From the IMG/VR virus record IMGVR_UViG_3300042889_001272, positions 62,001 through 126,000 of that record: DNA of 64,000 bases; one strand, written 5' to 3'. Under the pieces are notes generated by a model. That model was not told where the DNA came from, searched no databases, and worked only from the letters and a program-made list of their open reading frames with translations. The translations under genes were made by a program, and so were the position numbers. Shown one piece after another: positions 9,775-22,629 of this stretch (positions are counted from its first letter, which is position 1; the number at the start of each line of letters is the position of its first letter).

Positions 9775-10312
9775 AAGCCTATTCGAAGACGACCTTAAAT
9801 GGTTAGTCGACGATGGTGTTCTCATTGACATGCACAAAACTAAATTAGGTGCCAACAAAGATTATATCGTATTGGCTATCATTGTCAATGACAGAACTCC
9901 TGCACATGATCTAGCAAGTTTTATTGAAAACTCTGTGTATGATTTTGAAGATGTAGAAGTCAGCAGTGCCACTGATACAAAAGGTCGATATTTGATTTAT
10001 GTTGAATTAAATCGTGATCCTGGTGCATTTAAAACTATTAACGGTATTTTAAATGACAGTAAAAAATTAACAGGCATTGAAGAATGGAAATTCAAAGGCA
10101 TGGGAATGTCTAACATGGTTCCCTTTGACGAAGAAACATTTAATTCTTCTATTATAGTTGACCCCATTGAATATGATCGACTTCATCCCGAAGTTGAAGA
10201 AACTACAAAAGAAGAACCAAGCACAGAAGCCGAACCCAGCGAAGAAGAAATGCAACAAGAAGCAGTAAGAGAATCTATCAAAAATAGATTAAAATTTTTA
10301 ATGAGTTATTAA
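9728..10312 (+). CDS. Hypothetical protein
   Basis: ORF; start uncertain (9728 or 9737). Confidence 0.65.
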   Translation: MPQMKPKNQHHNNLSESLFEDDLKWLVDDGVLIDMHKTKLGANKDYIVLAIIVNDRTPAHDLASFIENSVYDFEDVEVSSATDTKGRYLIYVELNRDPGAFKTINGILNDSKKLTGIEEWKFKGMGMSNMVPFDEETFNSSIIVDPIEYDRLHPEVEETTKEEPSTEAEPSEEEMQQEAVRESIKNRLKFLMSY

Positions 10313-10315
10313 TTA

Positions 10316-10540
10316 ATGAGCAAAGAAGAAACAATTAAACTTGAAGGACAAGTTATAGAATGTTTGCCAAACGCAACATTTAGAGTTAAGTTAAACAGCA
10401 CACAGACAGTTATCACAGCAGTGATCAGTGGCAAGATTAGAAAACATAATATCAATATTTTAAATCTTGATAGAGTGGAAGTAGAAATGAGCCCTTACGA
10501 TTTAACTAAAGGCAGAATTACCTTTAGATTCAAAGGATAA
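10316..10540 (+). CDS. infA: Translation initiation factor IF-1
   Basis: [56 protein letters not shown]. Confidence 0.95.
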   Translation: MSKEETIKLEGQVIECLPNATFRVKLNSTQTVITAVISGKIRKHNINILNLDRVEVEMSPYDLTKGRITFRFKG

Positions 10541-10544
10541 ATTT

Positions 10545-11003
10545 ATGTGGATATTTGAATGGTTGCCAGATGCAGTAATTCATACTATATTTCTAGTAGG
10601 AGCAGTTGGCGTATTTGCTGGCTTTATTTTAACATTCATTCCGTTTGTTAAGCAATACAAAATAGCAATACAAATTGCCAGTATCTTTATATTTGCCTTG
10701 GGTGTTTACTTGGAAGGCGGATTAGCAGACAACAAAGAATGGACTGCAAAAGTCAAAGAATTAGAATTAAAAATTGCAGTTGCTGAAGAGAAAAGCAAAA
10801 CTGCCAATGTCATTGTCGAAGAAAAGATTGTTACGAAAACTCAAATCGTCAAACAAAAGGGCAAGGACATTATTCAATATATTGACAGAGAAGTTGTTAA
10901 GAACAACGAAATCATTAAGTATGTTGAGAATTGCCCAGTTCCAAAATCAATTATTGACGCTCACAATCAAGCCGCTACAATGAATCAAGGAGATAAAAAA
11001 TGA
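10545..11003 (+). CDS. Putative inner-membrane spanin (Rz-like)
   Basis: N-terminal hydrophobic helices followed by coiled-coil; directly upstream of a lipoprotein gene. Confidence 0.6.
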   Translation: MWIFEWLPDAVIHTIFLVGAVGVFAGFILTFIPFVKQYKIAIQIASIFIFALGVYLEGGLADNKEWTAKVKELELKIAVAEEKSKTANVIVEEKIVTKTQIVKQKGKDIIQYIDREVVKNNEIIKYVENCPVPKSIIDAHNQAATMNQGDKK

Positions 11004-11269
11004 AATACCTAATATTAAGTTTAGCTATTTTATTATCTGCTTGTTCAACGGTGGTTCCAGTCAAGCAAAAGTTTCCAGAAGCACCGGCGAAACTAATGAC
11101 CAAATGCCCGAATCTAAAAACAGTCGAAGGCGATAAAGTGTCAATCACCGACATGCTCAAAGTAGTAGTCGAAAACTATTCTACATATTACCAATGTGCA
11201 GTTGTCACAGACGGTTGGCAGGAATGGTATCAAATACAAAAGATTATTTCCGATCAAGCTGCCAAATAA
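11000..11269 (+). CDS. Putative outer-membrane spanin lipoprotein (Rz1-like)
   Basis: Signal peptide with lipobox LLSA-C; Pro-rich P..P..LMTKCP.L segment. Confidence 0.65.
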   Translation: MKYLILSLAILLSACSTVVPVKQKFPEAPAKLMTKCPNLKTVEGDKVSITDMLKVVVENYSTYYQCAVVTDGWQEWYQIQKIISDQAAK

Positions 11270-11308
11270 TATAATAGCACTGAATTAACGTTTCGATATA
11301 TTAAATAG

Positions 11309-11337
11309 TTGACAATAAACTAACTATTTGTTATACT
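11309..11337 (+). promoter_or_regulatory. sigma70-type promoter
   Basis: TTGACA (11309) - 17 nt - TATACT (11332). Confidence 0.8.
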
Positions 11338-11376
11338 AGTCGTAACACTACGTTTCTGTGCTATTTAAGGATTATT

Positions 11377-13578
11377 ATGGAAGACAATCAACATCACTCA
11401 ATCAATGAGATTTTAGAACAAGCATTTAAACTTGCTCTACATCGCGAACACGAATATGTTACACTGGAACATTTAACTATTGTACTTCTGGAAAATGAAG
11501 AAATTCGAGAATACTGTAAATTGATGACAGCTATTCCAGATGCAATTATAGACGATTTAACAGTGTTTTTAACCGGGCAAGATTATCTAGTAGTTGCCGG
11601 TTTAACTCGTCCACGTAAAACACAAACATTAGAGCGAGCATTTAATCGTGCATTTACACAAGCCATCTTTAATGGTCGTGCAGGTATTGCTCCACAAGAC
11701 ATGTTACTGAGTATTCTCAGTGAACGTAATAGTCATGCCTGCTATTACCTAGCACAGCATAATGTTAGTAAAGAAACATTCTTAGAAGTACTAGGGAAAA
11801 ATGCAAAGCAAGAAACTAAAGTTAAAAATAGTGCTGAAAAGATTTTAAATGAGTTTTGTATTAATTTAAACGAGGAAGCAAAAAATCTAAAAATCGATCC
11901 ATTAATTGGACGTAATCGAGAAGTTGAAAAACTTACACAGATTCTTGCTCGACGTAAAAAAAGAAATGCTATTCTGGTAGGCGAACCTGGTGTGGGTAAG
12001 ACCGCTATTGTAGAAGGTCTTGCTCGCAAGATTCATGAGAAAACTGTGCCGCACACACTCAAGGATTGTATAATTTATAGCTTAGACATGGGCGCATTAA
12101 TGGCAGGCACAAAATATCGAGGTGACTTCGAGGAACGTGTTAAACAAGTTATTGATGCATTAGAATCCCGCACAGATGTAATCTTATTCATTGATGAAAT
12201 TCACACAATGGTAGGCGCTGGTGCCGCTGGAAATAGCAACACGGACATGGCTAACTTGCTTAAACCTGCGCTGACCCGGGGCAAAGTACAGATAGTTGGC
12301 GCCACTACCTACGAAGAATATCGTGAAACAATTGAGCCAGAACGTGCTCTTGCTCGCCGTTTTACCAAACTTGATGTGGAAGAAATGTCACCCGAAGATT
12401 GCAAGAACATGCTTCACTGCATCATGCCCGAATATGAAAAATATCACGACATTGATGTCGACAGTGATGCCATTGACGCAGTAGTTGATTTAACTGTTGA
12501 ACACATGCACGACAAGTATCTGCCTGACAAAGCCATTGATATTTTAGACAGTGCCATGGCTAAAATAAAAGTCGACAGTAGAGAAACTTTAGTAACATTA
12601 TTTCATGTTAAACAAGAAATCAGTGCTCAAGCTAAAGTTCCTATGGAACAACTTAATACTCAAATTGAACCAATGAACTTGGACTATGAATCACAGATCA
12701 AACGGTTTGTTTTTGGACAAGATCAAGCTGTGGAAAAATTATTAGACAGTGTATATATTGCCAAAGCGGGGTTAAAGGATTTAACTAAACCGATGGGTAG
12801 TTATTTGTTTGTGGGACCAACCGGTGTTGGTAAAACAGAACTTGCAAATCAACTTGCATCCAGCTTGGGTATGCATCTTCTTCGCTATGACATGAGCGAG
12901 TACATGGAAAGTCATAAAGTTGCTAGTTTAATTGGTGCGCCGCCGGGCTATGTTGGCTATGGCGAAGGCGGCACAGGTGCAGGTAAACTCATCAATGATT
13001 TAGAAGAACATCCCAGTTCGGTGCTGTTATTAGACGAAGTTGAAAAGGCTCATCCAGATGTTCTTAATATTTTGTTAGGCGTCATGGATAATGGCATGCT
13101 TACCAGTAGTGGTGGCAAGACTGTGAGTTGCCGTAATTTGATTCTTATCATGACCAGTAACTTGGGTGCCCGTGATGGAGAACGAAATAAAATTGGTTTC
13201 AATAACAGCATCAATGGCACAGCCAGCCTTGAAGCAGTTAATAAACACTTTACTCCGGAGTTCCGCAATCGTTTAGATGCTATTATAGAATTTAACAGAC
13301 TTACAACTGAACAAATTACACCAATTGCCATCAAGTTTGTCAATGAGCTCAACGATCTATTGGCTGCTAAAAATATTACTCTTACATTGAATAATTCAGC
13401 GTTAGATCGTTTAGTAGCAGAAGGCTTTGACGAAAAAATGGGGGCCCGTCCAATGAAGCGTTTAATTGCGGATAAAATTAAAAAGCCTTTAAGTAAGCGT
13501 ATTGTCTTTGAAAATCTCAGCAACTGTAGCTTGGTAGTTTCGCACAACGGTGTTGATTATGAACTTAATAATACCTAA
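11377..13578 (+). CDS. clpA: ATP-dependent Clp protease ATPase subunit ClpA-like
   Basis: HEYVTLEHL N-domain; two AAA modules GEPGVGKT / FIDEIH and GPTGVGKT / LLDEVEKAHPDV; GARPMKR. Confidence 0.92.
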   Translation: MEDNQHHSINEILEQAFKLALHREHEYVTLEHLTIVLLENEEIREYCKLMTAIPDAIIDDLTVFLTGQDYLVVAGLTRPRKTQTLERAFNRAFTQAIFNGRAGIAPQDMLLSILSERNSHACYYLAQHNVSKETFLEVLGKNAKQETKVKNSAEKILNEFCINLNEEAKNLKIDPLIGRNREVEKLTQILARRKKRNAILVGEPGVGKTAIVEGLARKIHEKTVPHTLKDCIIYSLDMGALMAGTKYRGDFEERVKQVIDALESRTDVILFIDEIHTMVGAGAAGNSNTDMANLLKPALTRGKVQIVGATTYEEYRETIEPERALARRFTKLDVEEMSPEDCKNMLHCIMPEYEKYHDIDVDSDAIDAVVDLTVEHMHDKYLPDKAIDILDSAMAKIKVDSRETLVTLFHVKQEISAQAKVPMEQLNTQIEPMNLDYESQIKRFVFGQDQAVEKLLDSVYIAKAGLKDLTKPMGSYLFVGPTGVGKTELANQLASSLGMHLLRYDMSEYMESHKVASLIGAPPGYVGYGEGGTGAGKLINDLEEHPSSVLLLDEVEKAHPDVLNILLGVMDNGMLTSSGGKTVSCRNLILIMTSNLGARDGERNKIGFNNSINGTASLEAVNKHFTPEFRNRLDAIIEFNRLTTEQITPIAIKFVNELNDLLAAKNITLTLNNSALDRLVAEGFDEKMGARPMKRLIADKIKKPLSKRIVFENLSNCSLVVSHNGVDYELNNT

Positions 13579-14224
13579 ATTTGTCAAGCAATTTTCCATT
13601 GAAAGAAAATACTATAAAAAGTACTTCTATAAAATAGTTCTCAAAGTTGACGAAAGTAAACCCGGAGTTCCTAGGATAAGTCGTCCTTACGGATTTACTG
13701 CATTGTATGGCGCACGTCTGGATCTTTTAAAAGAAATCACTGCCTTGCCAATTCAAGATGCTGATTGTAAAATTCGCAGTGAAAATAAGTGGGTCAGCGT
13801 GTTTACCAATGACACTGAATTCATTGAATTATTATTTAGAGACTTGGGACATCGTATCGCTGAATACCACAGACCTGTCAGCGACGAACACAAAGATGTC
13901 ATAGATCAAAATCGACGGATTCGAGTTAGAAAACGGCTATTCGAAAATGACTTCAAATATAAAGTTTATTTTACTCAAGACTGGAAGTACAGAACAGATC
14001 AGTATGTTGATGTTAAAAATTGGTTGTATGGATTGGATAATACCAATGGTGTTCGCTGGGAAGTCAACAAAACACTAAGACAATATTTTGATAGTATTCC
14101 GGGATATAAGGGTTATACGGCAGCGGTTTATTTAAATGAACCAGAAGACTTGATGATATGTCAAATGCGCTTTCACAGCGAGATTCAATACATCGAGGAA
14201 GCCGTGCTTATTGACAGTTTGTAA
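13559..14224 (+). CDS. Hypothetical protein
   Basis: ORF; ATG at 13559. Confidence 0.7.
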   Translation: MNLIIPKFVKQFSIERKYYKKYFYKIVLKVDESKPGVPRISRPYGFTALYGARLDLLKEITALPIQDADCKIRSENKWVSVFTNDTEFIELLFRDLGHRIAEYHRPVSDEHKDVIDQNRRIRVRKRLFENDFKYKVYFTQDWKYRTDQYVDVKNWLYGLDNTNGVRWEVNKTLRQYFDSIPGYKGYTAAVYLNEPEDLMICQMRFHSEIQYIEEAVLIDSL

Positions 14225-14245
14225 GCTGATTTTCGTAGAAATACC

Positions 14246-14278
14246 AAAAGGTGTAATTTCGGTTACACCTTTTCTTTT
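14246..14278 (+). terminator. Intrinsic terminator
   Basis: AAAAGGTGTAA-TTTCGG-TTACACCTTTT stem followed by a T-rich tail. Confidence 0.85.
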
Positions 14279-14304
14279 GACTAAATACTGTAACGGAGAA
14301 TAAA

Positions 14305-14478
14305 ATGGCAAAGATCCAAGAAGAACTAATTGTTATTAAACTTAGCAAACTACACAAGGATAGTCAAACACAAACTTCTAACCTAGCCGGCGACGATGTT
14401 GTTATCGGATTAGAAGCGGTTGTACAGGAATTGGTGGGCGCTGATGTAATTGTAGAGGTCATACAAGACAATGAATAA
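14305..14478 (+). CDS. Small hypothetical protein (57 aa), not in ORF track
   Basis: TAAATA at 14282, GGAG SD, ATG 14305: MAKIQEELIVIKLSKLHKD...VIQDNE*. Confidence 0.7.
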   Translation: MAKIQEELIVIKLSKLHKDSQTQTSNLAGDDVVIGLEAVVQELVGADVIVEVIQDNE

Positions 14479-14839
14479 TACCACTGTAGCAACATTAATG
14501 TTGGGCGATGACGAAGTCGATCAACTCAGCGATCCACTGCGCGGCGACGGTTATTATGGCTATAGAGATGGCAGTCAAACAATAGCAGTTACTTTTAATA
14601 ATTTTATAGGTAGAATTCAAATCGAAGCAACATTAGAGATTAATCCAACTGAACAAGATTGGTTCCCAGTTTGGATGAATCGTGCGACTCCGTACAAACA
14701 ATATGCAGCCGCTACCAACGGAACCGAAAGCTTCAGTGTTCGCGGTAATTTTGTTTTGATACGATTTAGAAAAATGCGTAGTTATTTGAGCGGCACATCA
14801 TCAGTAGGTGATATTACTAAAGTAATGTTGAGTATTTAA
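14471..14839 (+). CDS. Hypothetical (probably virion) protein
   Basis: Coupled ORF in a late operon; beta-rich. Confidence 0.65.
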   Translation: MNNTTVATLMLGDDEVDQLSDPLRGDGYYGYRDGSQTIAVTFNNFIGRIQIEATLEINPTEQDWFPVWMNRATPYKQYAAATNGTESFSVRGNFVLIRFRKMRSYLSGTSSVGDITKVMLSI

Positions 14840-14842
14840 AAT

Positions 14843-18241
<3,399 letters not shown>

Positions 18242-18250
18242 GGGTAAAAA

Positions 18251-20251
18251 ATGACAATTAATGCTTGGAAAACTAATTTTATAGGATTAAACAAGCCAGC
18301 TAAAGTACTTTCGGGTACTGCGAATTCTGTGGTATCACTGAGTTCGTGGCCATATGCTAACAGCAGTGATGATCCGTATTGGAGTGGTGGTGCTAACCCA
18401 CAATACTATCGCTGGCAAGTTTCTTTTACTGTTGCGGAAAGAACACATGGTAGTAATTTAACTCGTACACCTTTTAGATTTGATGCTCAAGATATTGAAG
18501 TAGGTGACTTTGTTGGAGGAGCCGCGGACGGTAAAGTTCTGCAAATTATGAGTGTTATATCTAAAACAAACAGCGAAGTAGTTGCTGTTGTCGAGGATAG
18601 ACTTCGTTATAATACATTCAGGGATCCAAACGGTTTAGGTATTTTTAACGCACCAGGTCCTGTTATCTTCTTCCAGATCAATGAACTGGGATTCCCAATG
18701 TTGGATCCTATTCCGGGAGATGCTGCCGCAGACTTCTTTACCAACGTAATGAGTAGATTCCAGTACATGAATCCGCTGACAAATTATTTGTTGGAACAGG
18801 CTAATCATAATTTTGAACAAGGTGATGCAATCTGTATCGAAGATGGTGTATTTGCATTAAGCAATGAAGACAATATTGGCAGATTCATTGGTACCGTGAT
18901 ATTTCCAGGCCCTGGACCAGATCAATTTATTCTACGACCAGCCAATGGTATCATTGACTTTGTTCCAGGACTCCCTGGCAACATTGGAGATTATATATAT
19001 CCTAGTTTGAATGGCACAGGAGATTTAACAACCAACGATAACAGTCGTCGTCCAATTTACATGAAGATTGCCGATGCTATTACAACATCAACTACCGGCA
19101 CGGGCATAGATCCCGCTGGTACAGACGGAGATATAGTTGAAATTAACAGAGTTCAAGTTACATTGGCTAGTGGCAATGGTACATATGATGTGGAAGATGC
19201 TGTTACATTAATTAATGCACAAACTACCGAACACAAAGTAACCGCAGTTAAAGTTGGTGCTGCCACCGAAGTATTCAGCGACATAGCCGGACAAGGTAGT
19301 GCATATGGTATTATTGCTGGCTATACTCCTTTCAGCGCAAGTATTAACGGAGTAACAATCAACTTTACAACAACTACCAATGGTAGTGCAGCCTATGGCG
19401 ATCCAATCGTAGCCGATGCCAACGATATGGTCTTTGATATTAATGCTGCCAAGATCACAGACATTGTTGCCAGTGTAGTCAATGGCAGCGATATTAAACT
19501 ACGTCATAATGCAGGCGGCGCAATTACTATTGTAAATATTACACCAGATGTAAGTGGTAATAACTTTGCCGGCGCAGTCTCTTTATCTAGTTTGCCGGAA
19601 AGCACACCTGCAAACACAACAACATCTGCACTGCGATTAATGCGCTTAGATGGTGGCCCTTTAACTATACGAGACTTTGCTGGTTCATTCTTAGACACGG
19701 CAGGAGTGTTAAGTGGACAAAACGGTCGCTATGCACTGGGCCTAAACATTGAACAAGGTCTACGTTCTAGTGGCACTGCGGTTGTTGCAAATATCATGGC
19801 ACGTAATGCATTAAATGCATTGGTCGGAGATAATTGCTATGTCATAGATGATGGCAATGGTGACTGGGCTACATTTACCTATGATGGACAACAATGGATT
19901 AAAGTCGGTGGCGAGCGAAGTGTTGCAACAGATGCAAGAACATTAGTATTAGATGTAGATTTAAGTACAACAACAGGCACACAGAGTATTGGGTTTATCA
20001 CAGCAGACAGAACCGTTATTGGTGTTAGAGTATTAGTGACTACTACTTCACCTTCAGATGCAGAAGTTACTGTAGGAACTAGAGCAAATACTTCGGAATT
20101 TGCACAGCCAAGAGATAGTATATTATCAGAAATTGGACAATATACTACTAACCCAAATTATAGAACAACAGCCTACACAGAAGTCGTAGCAGAAATTACT
20201 AATCCAACACCGGGTGCTGGACAGTTTACAATTATATTAACATACGTATAA
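18251..20251 (+). CDS. Putative virion structural protein
   Basis: Long beta-rich, Gly/Thr-rich ORF downstream of the fibre gene. Confidence 0.6.
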   Translation: MTINAWKTNFIGLNKPAKVLSGTANSVVSLSSWPYANSSDDPYWSGGANPQYYRWQVSFTVAERTHGSNLTRTPFRFDAQDIEVGDFVGGAADGKVLQIMSVISKTNSEVVAVVEDRLRYNTFRDPNGLGIFNAPGPVIFFQINELGFPMLDPIPGDAAADFFTNVMSRFQYMNPLTNYLLEQANHNFEQGDAICIEDGVFALSNEDNIGRFIGTVIFPGPGPDQFILRPANGIIDFVPGLPGNIGDYIYPSLNGTGDLTTNDNSRRPIYMKIADAITTSTTGTGIDPAGTDGDIVEINRVQVTLASGNGTYDVEDAVTLINAQTTEHKVTAVKVGAATEVFSDIAGQGSAYGIIAGYTPFSASINGVTINFTTTTNGSAAYGDPIVADANDMVFDINAAKITDIVASVVNGSDIKLRHNAGGAITIVNITPDVSGNNFAGAVSLSSLPESTPANTTTSALRLMRLDGGPLTIRDFAGSFLDTAGVLSGQNGRYALGLNIEQGLRSSGTAVVANIMARNALNALVGDNCYVIDDGNGDWATFTYDGQQWIKVGGERSVATDARTLVLDVDLSTTTGTQSIGFITADRTVIGVRVLVTTTSPSDAEVTVGTRANTSEFAQPRDSILSEIGQYTTNPNYRTTAYTEVVAEITNPTPGAGQFTIILTYV

Positions 20252-20261
20252 GGATTTAATT

Positions 20262-20822
20262 ATGCCAAAAATGGAAGAAGACGATATTATTGACACGGGC
20301 AGATTGCCGCAGATTGCCGCAACTAGAGGACCGCCTGGACCAGAGAGTTCATTCAGTGGAGGATTTGGAGGATCATCAAATGGCTTTGGAAACACATCAT
20401 CGAGCGGGTCTTCAGCATATGGCTCACCTGCGGCAGGAGGATTCGGCTCATCCAGTTCGTATGGTTCATCAGCACCAAGCAACTTTGCATCAGCACCAGT
20501 TAACAATACCAGCGGACAAGCCGCAGGAGCAATGCATGCCGGTGGTGAATCAACTGTTGCCCTAGACAAAGATGCACAAGATTGGATCAACAAAAAATGG
20601 CGACCAGTTATGGGTTGGATCTATATGCTGACTTGTACTATGGACTTTGTTATATTCCCAATCTTATGGAGTTTATTACAAGCTCTAAGTAAAGGTGCAG
20701 TAACAAGTCAATGGCAACCACTGACACTACAAGGTGCTGGACTGTATCACATTGCCATGGGTGCTGTTCTTGGTATTGCCGCTTATGGTCGAACAAAAGA
20801 AAAAGTTGAAGGCAAAGCGTAA
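20262..20822 (+). CDS. Putative holin (3TM/GTA-holin-like) with Gly/Ser-rich N-terminus
   Basis: WINKKWRPVMGWIY...FVIFPILW...WQPLTL...YHIAMGAVLGIAAYGRTKEK. Confidence 0.6.
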   Translation: MPKMEEDDIIDTGRLPQIAATRGPPGPESSFSGGFGGSSNGFGNTSSSGSSAYGSPAAGGFGSSSSYGSSAPSNFASAPVNNTSGQAAGAMHAGGESTVALDKDAQDWINKKWRPVMGWIYMLTCTMDFVIFPILWSLLQALSKGAVTSQWQPLTLQGAGLYHIAMGAVLGIAAYGRTKEKVEGKA

Positions 20823-20830
20823 GTAACACT

Positions 20831-21187
20831 ATGATAATAGATGAATTTGACCACTACTTTAGATTATGCTTAAATCGAACACTTAGCAGTGAAGAAGCTC
20901 GAGCATATCTAATGGTGGTCAATGAACTTGCGGATGTTGAACCAGAAGATGACGATACTGTAATGGTTTATCATTTAGACGACAAAGAAGAAGATGGCAA
21001 TCCACATTGTTATGATGTTCGATTAGCCGAGAGCATAGACGCAGAGCAAGGAGACCAAATCCTTGCCAGTCTAGAAGAAATGTTCCCTGATGATGATTTC
21101 GACTGTGAAAGCAGTATGGAAACAGTCGAAGAACAAAGTTACTTACACAATGCTGTAATGGAACAATTAAGTAAAAAATTATTCTAA
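20831..21187 (+). CDS. Acidic hypothetical protein
   Basis: ORF. Confidence 0.65.
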   Translation: MIIDEFDHYFRLCLNRTLSSEEARAYLMVVNELADVEPEDDDTVMVYHLDDKEEDGNPHCYDVRLAESIDAEQGDQILASLEEMFPDDDFDCESSMETVEEQSYLHNAVMEQLSKKLF

Positions 21188-21214
21188 ATAACGATTCTGC
21201 ATTTTAAATAGTAG

Positions 21215-21577
21215 ATGGAACGCATCTACGAACTACCTATTTCATTTACATTTGAGCAAGTTATTGCATTTGGAAATCTAACTGGAGATAATAGCCCTGT
21301 TCATAGTATAGATGGAGTTGTACAAGGCGGATTTATTTTAAGTATGTTACCACAATGGTTAAAAATGACCAATGATGGACAGGAATTCATTAAAGATTCA
21401 AAACAAGCTGTAAGCATAATGCTAGATGTTAAATTTAGAAACAAATTAATTTCAAACCAAAATATTTTTGTTAAATTTACATACACTCCAAATACAAGAT
21501 TCACTAAAATACTTTGGAAAATATATGACAACGAAAAAGAGTATTGTAGCGGTAATTGGATAATTCATAAAATTTGA
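21215..21577 (+). CDS. MaoC-like hot-dog fold dehydratase/hydratase
   Basis: FTFEQVIAFGNLTGDNSPVH (D-x4-H hydratase motif), VVQGGF, VKFRNKL. Confidence 0.65.
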   Translation: MERIYELPISFTFEQVIAFGNLTGDNSPVHSIDGVVQGGFILSMLPQWLKMTNDGQEFIKDSKQAVSIMLDVKFRNKLISNQNIFVKFTYTPNTRFTKILWKIYDNEKEYCSGNWIIHKI

Positions 21578-21602
21578 CATAAATTGAATTATAGTGTATA
21601 AT
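21574..21602 (+). promoter_or_regulatory. sigma70-type promoter
   Basis: TTGACA (21574) - 17 nt - TATAAT (21597). Confidence 0.85.
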
Positions 21603-21609
21603 ATATACT

Positions 21610-22629
21610 ATGACTAAACGAATTGGTTTTGCTTGCAAATGGATTGACCACCCAGAACAAGTCGATGGAATTAAACCCAAAGACAATGCTAAAAAATATA
21701 ACACTGGCAGTACTACTATCACTTGGCTTAACCGTCAAACTCGTGAAGTAGCTGAACAAAAGTTATGGGACCTAATGGTTCAAAATCTCGAAGCTACACG
21801 TAAACTCGTAGAAAGAGTAGGACAACTTGAAGAAAATCTTAGGATGGTGCGCCTTGGCAGTGATCAGCTACCTGCTTATACCGAACCCAGCTGGAGTTAT
21901 TTCTGGCGCAGGCCAGATGTTATGGACTACTGTAGTAGAGTTTTTTCGAGTATTGGTGACATTGCTAGGACTACTGCTGTTCGCCTTAGCTTTCATCCTG
22001 GACAGTTTTGTGTTCTTGCTAGCGAAACTCCTGGAATTGTTGACCGGAGCATAGAAGAATTTGAATATCACACAGACATGGCTCGCTACATGGGCTATGG
22101 CCGTACGTTTCAAGACTTTAAGATTAATGTGCATATCGCAGGCCGTCGTGGTCCTCAAGGTATTAAAGATGTTATGCAACGTTTAACACCAGAAGCACGA
22201 AACATGATTACCATCGAGAACGATGAGATTTCTTGGGGCATTGACTCGAGCATAGAATTAGTGGATACTTGTGCATTAGTACTTGACATCCACCACCATT
22301 GGATTAAAACAGGAGAATATATTGAAAACAATGACGACCGTATTAAAAGGATTAGTGATAGCTGGCGCGGTGTGCGCCCTGTTATTCACTATAGTCTCAG
22401 CAGGGAAGATTATCTTGTCGAACACACCCGACACGAACGTCCCGCCTATGATGCGCTGATGGCTAGTGGCTACAAGCGCGGCAAGCTCAGAGCGCACAGT
22501 GATTTCTATTGGAATGACGCAGTAAATAACTGGGCCATAACACACAGCTCATGGGCAGATATTATGTGCGAAGCCAAGGGTAAAAACCTTGCCAGCTTTA
22601 AATTAAAGGAATTATTAAATGGAGTTTAG
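21610..22629 (+). CDS. uvsE: UV damage endonuclease UvsE/UVDE
   Basis: RIGFACK, RLSFHPGQFCVLAS, INVHIAG, ITIENDE, LVLDIHHH, HYSLSR, AHSDF, DIMCEAKGKNLA. Confidence 0.9.
   Translation: MTKRIGFACKWIDHPEQVDGIKPKDNAKKYNTGSTTITWLNRQTREVAEQKLWDLMVQNLEATRKLVERVGQLEENLRMVRLGSDQLPAYTEPSWSYFWRRPDVMDYCSRVFSSIGDIARTTAVRLSFHPGQFCVLASETPGIVDRSIEEFEYHTDMARYMGYGRTFQDFKINVHIAGRRGPQGIKDVMQRLTPEARNMITIENDEISWGIDSSIELVDTCALVLDIHHHWIKTGEYIENNDDRIKRISDSWRGVRPVIHYSLSREDYLVEHTRHERPAYDALMASGYKRGKLRAHSDFYWNDAVNNWAITHSSWADIMCEAKGKNLASFKLKELLNGV

Noticed and set aside
21827-22054. Hydrophobic overlapping ORF inside uvsE
   Set aside because: It looks membrane-like but is fully nested in a conserved gene in another frame, with no SD or promoter support.
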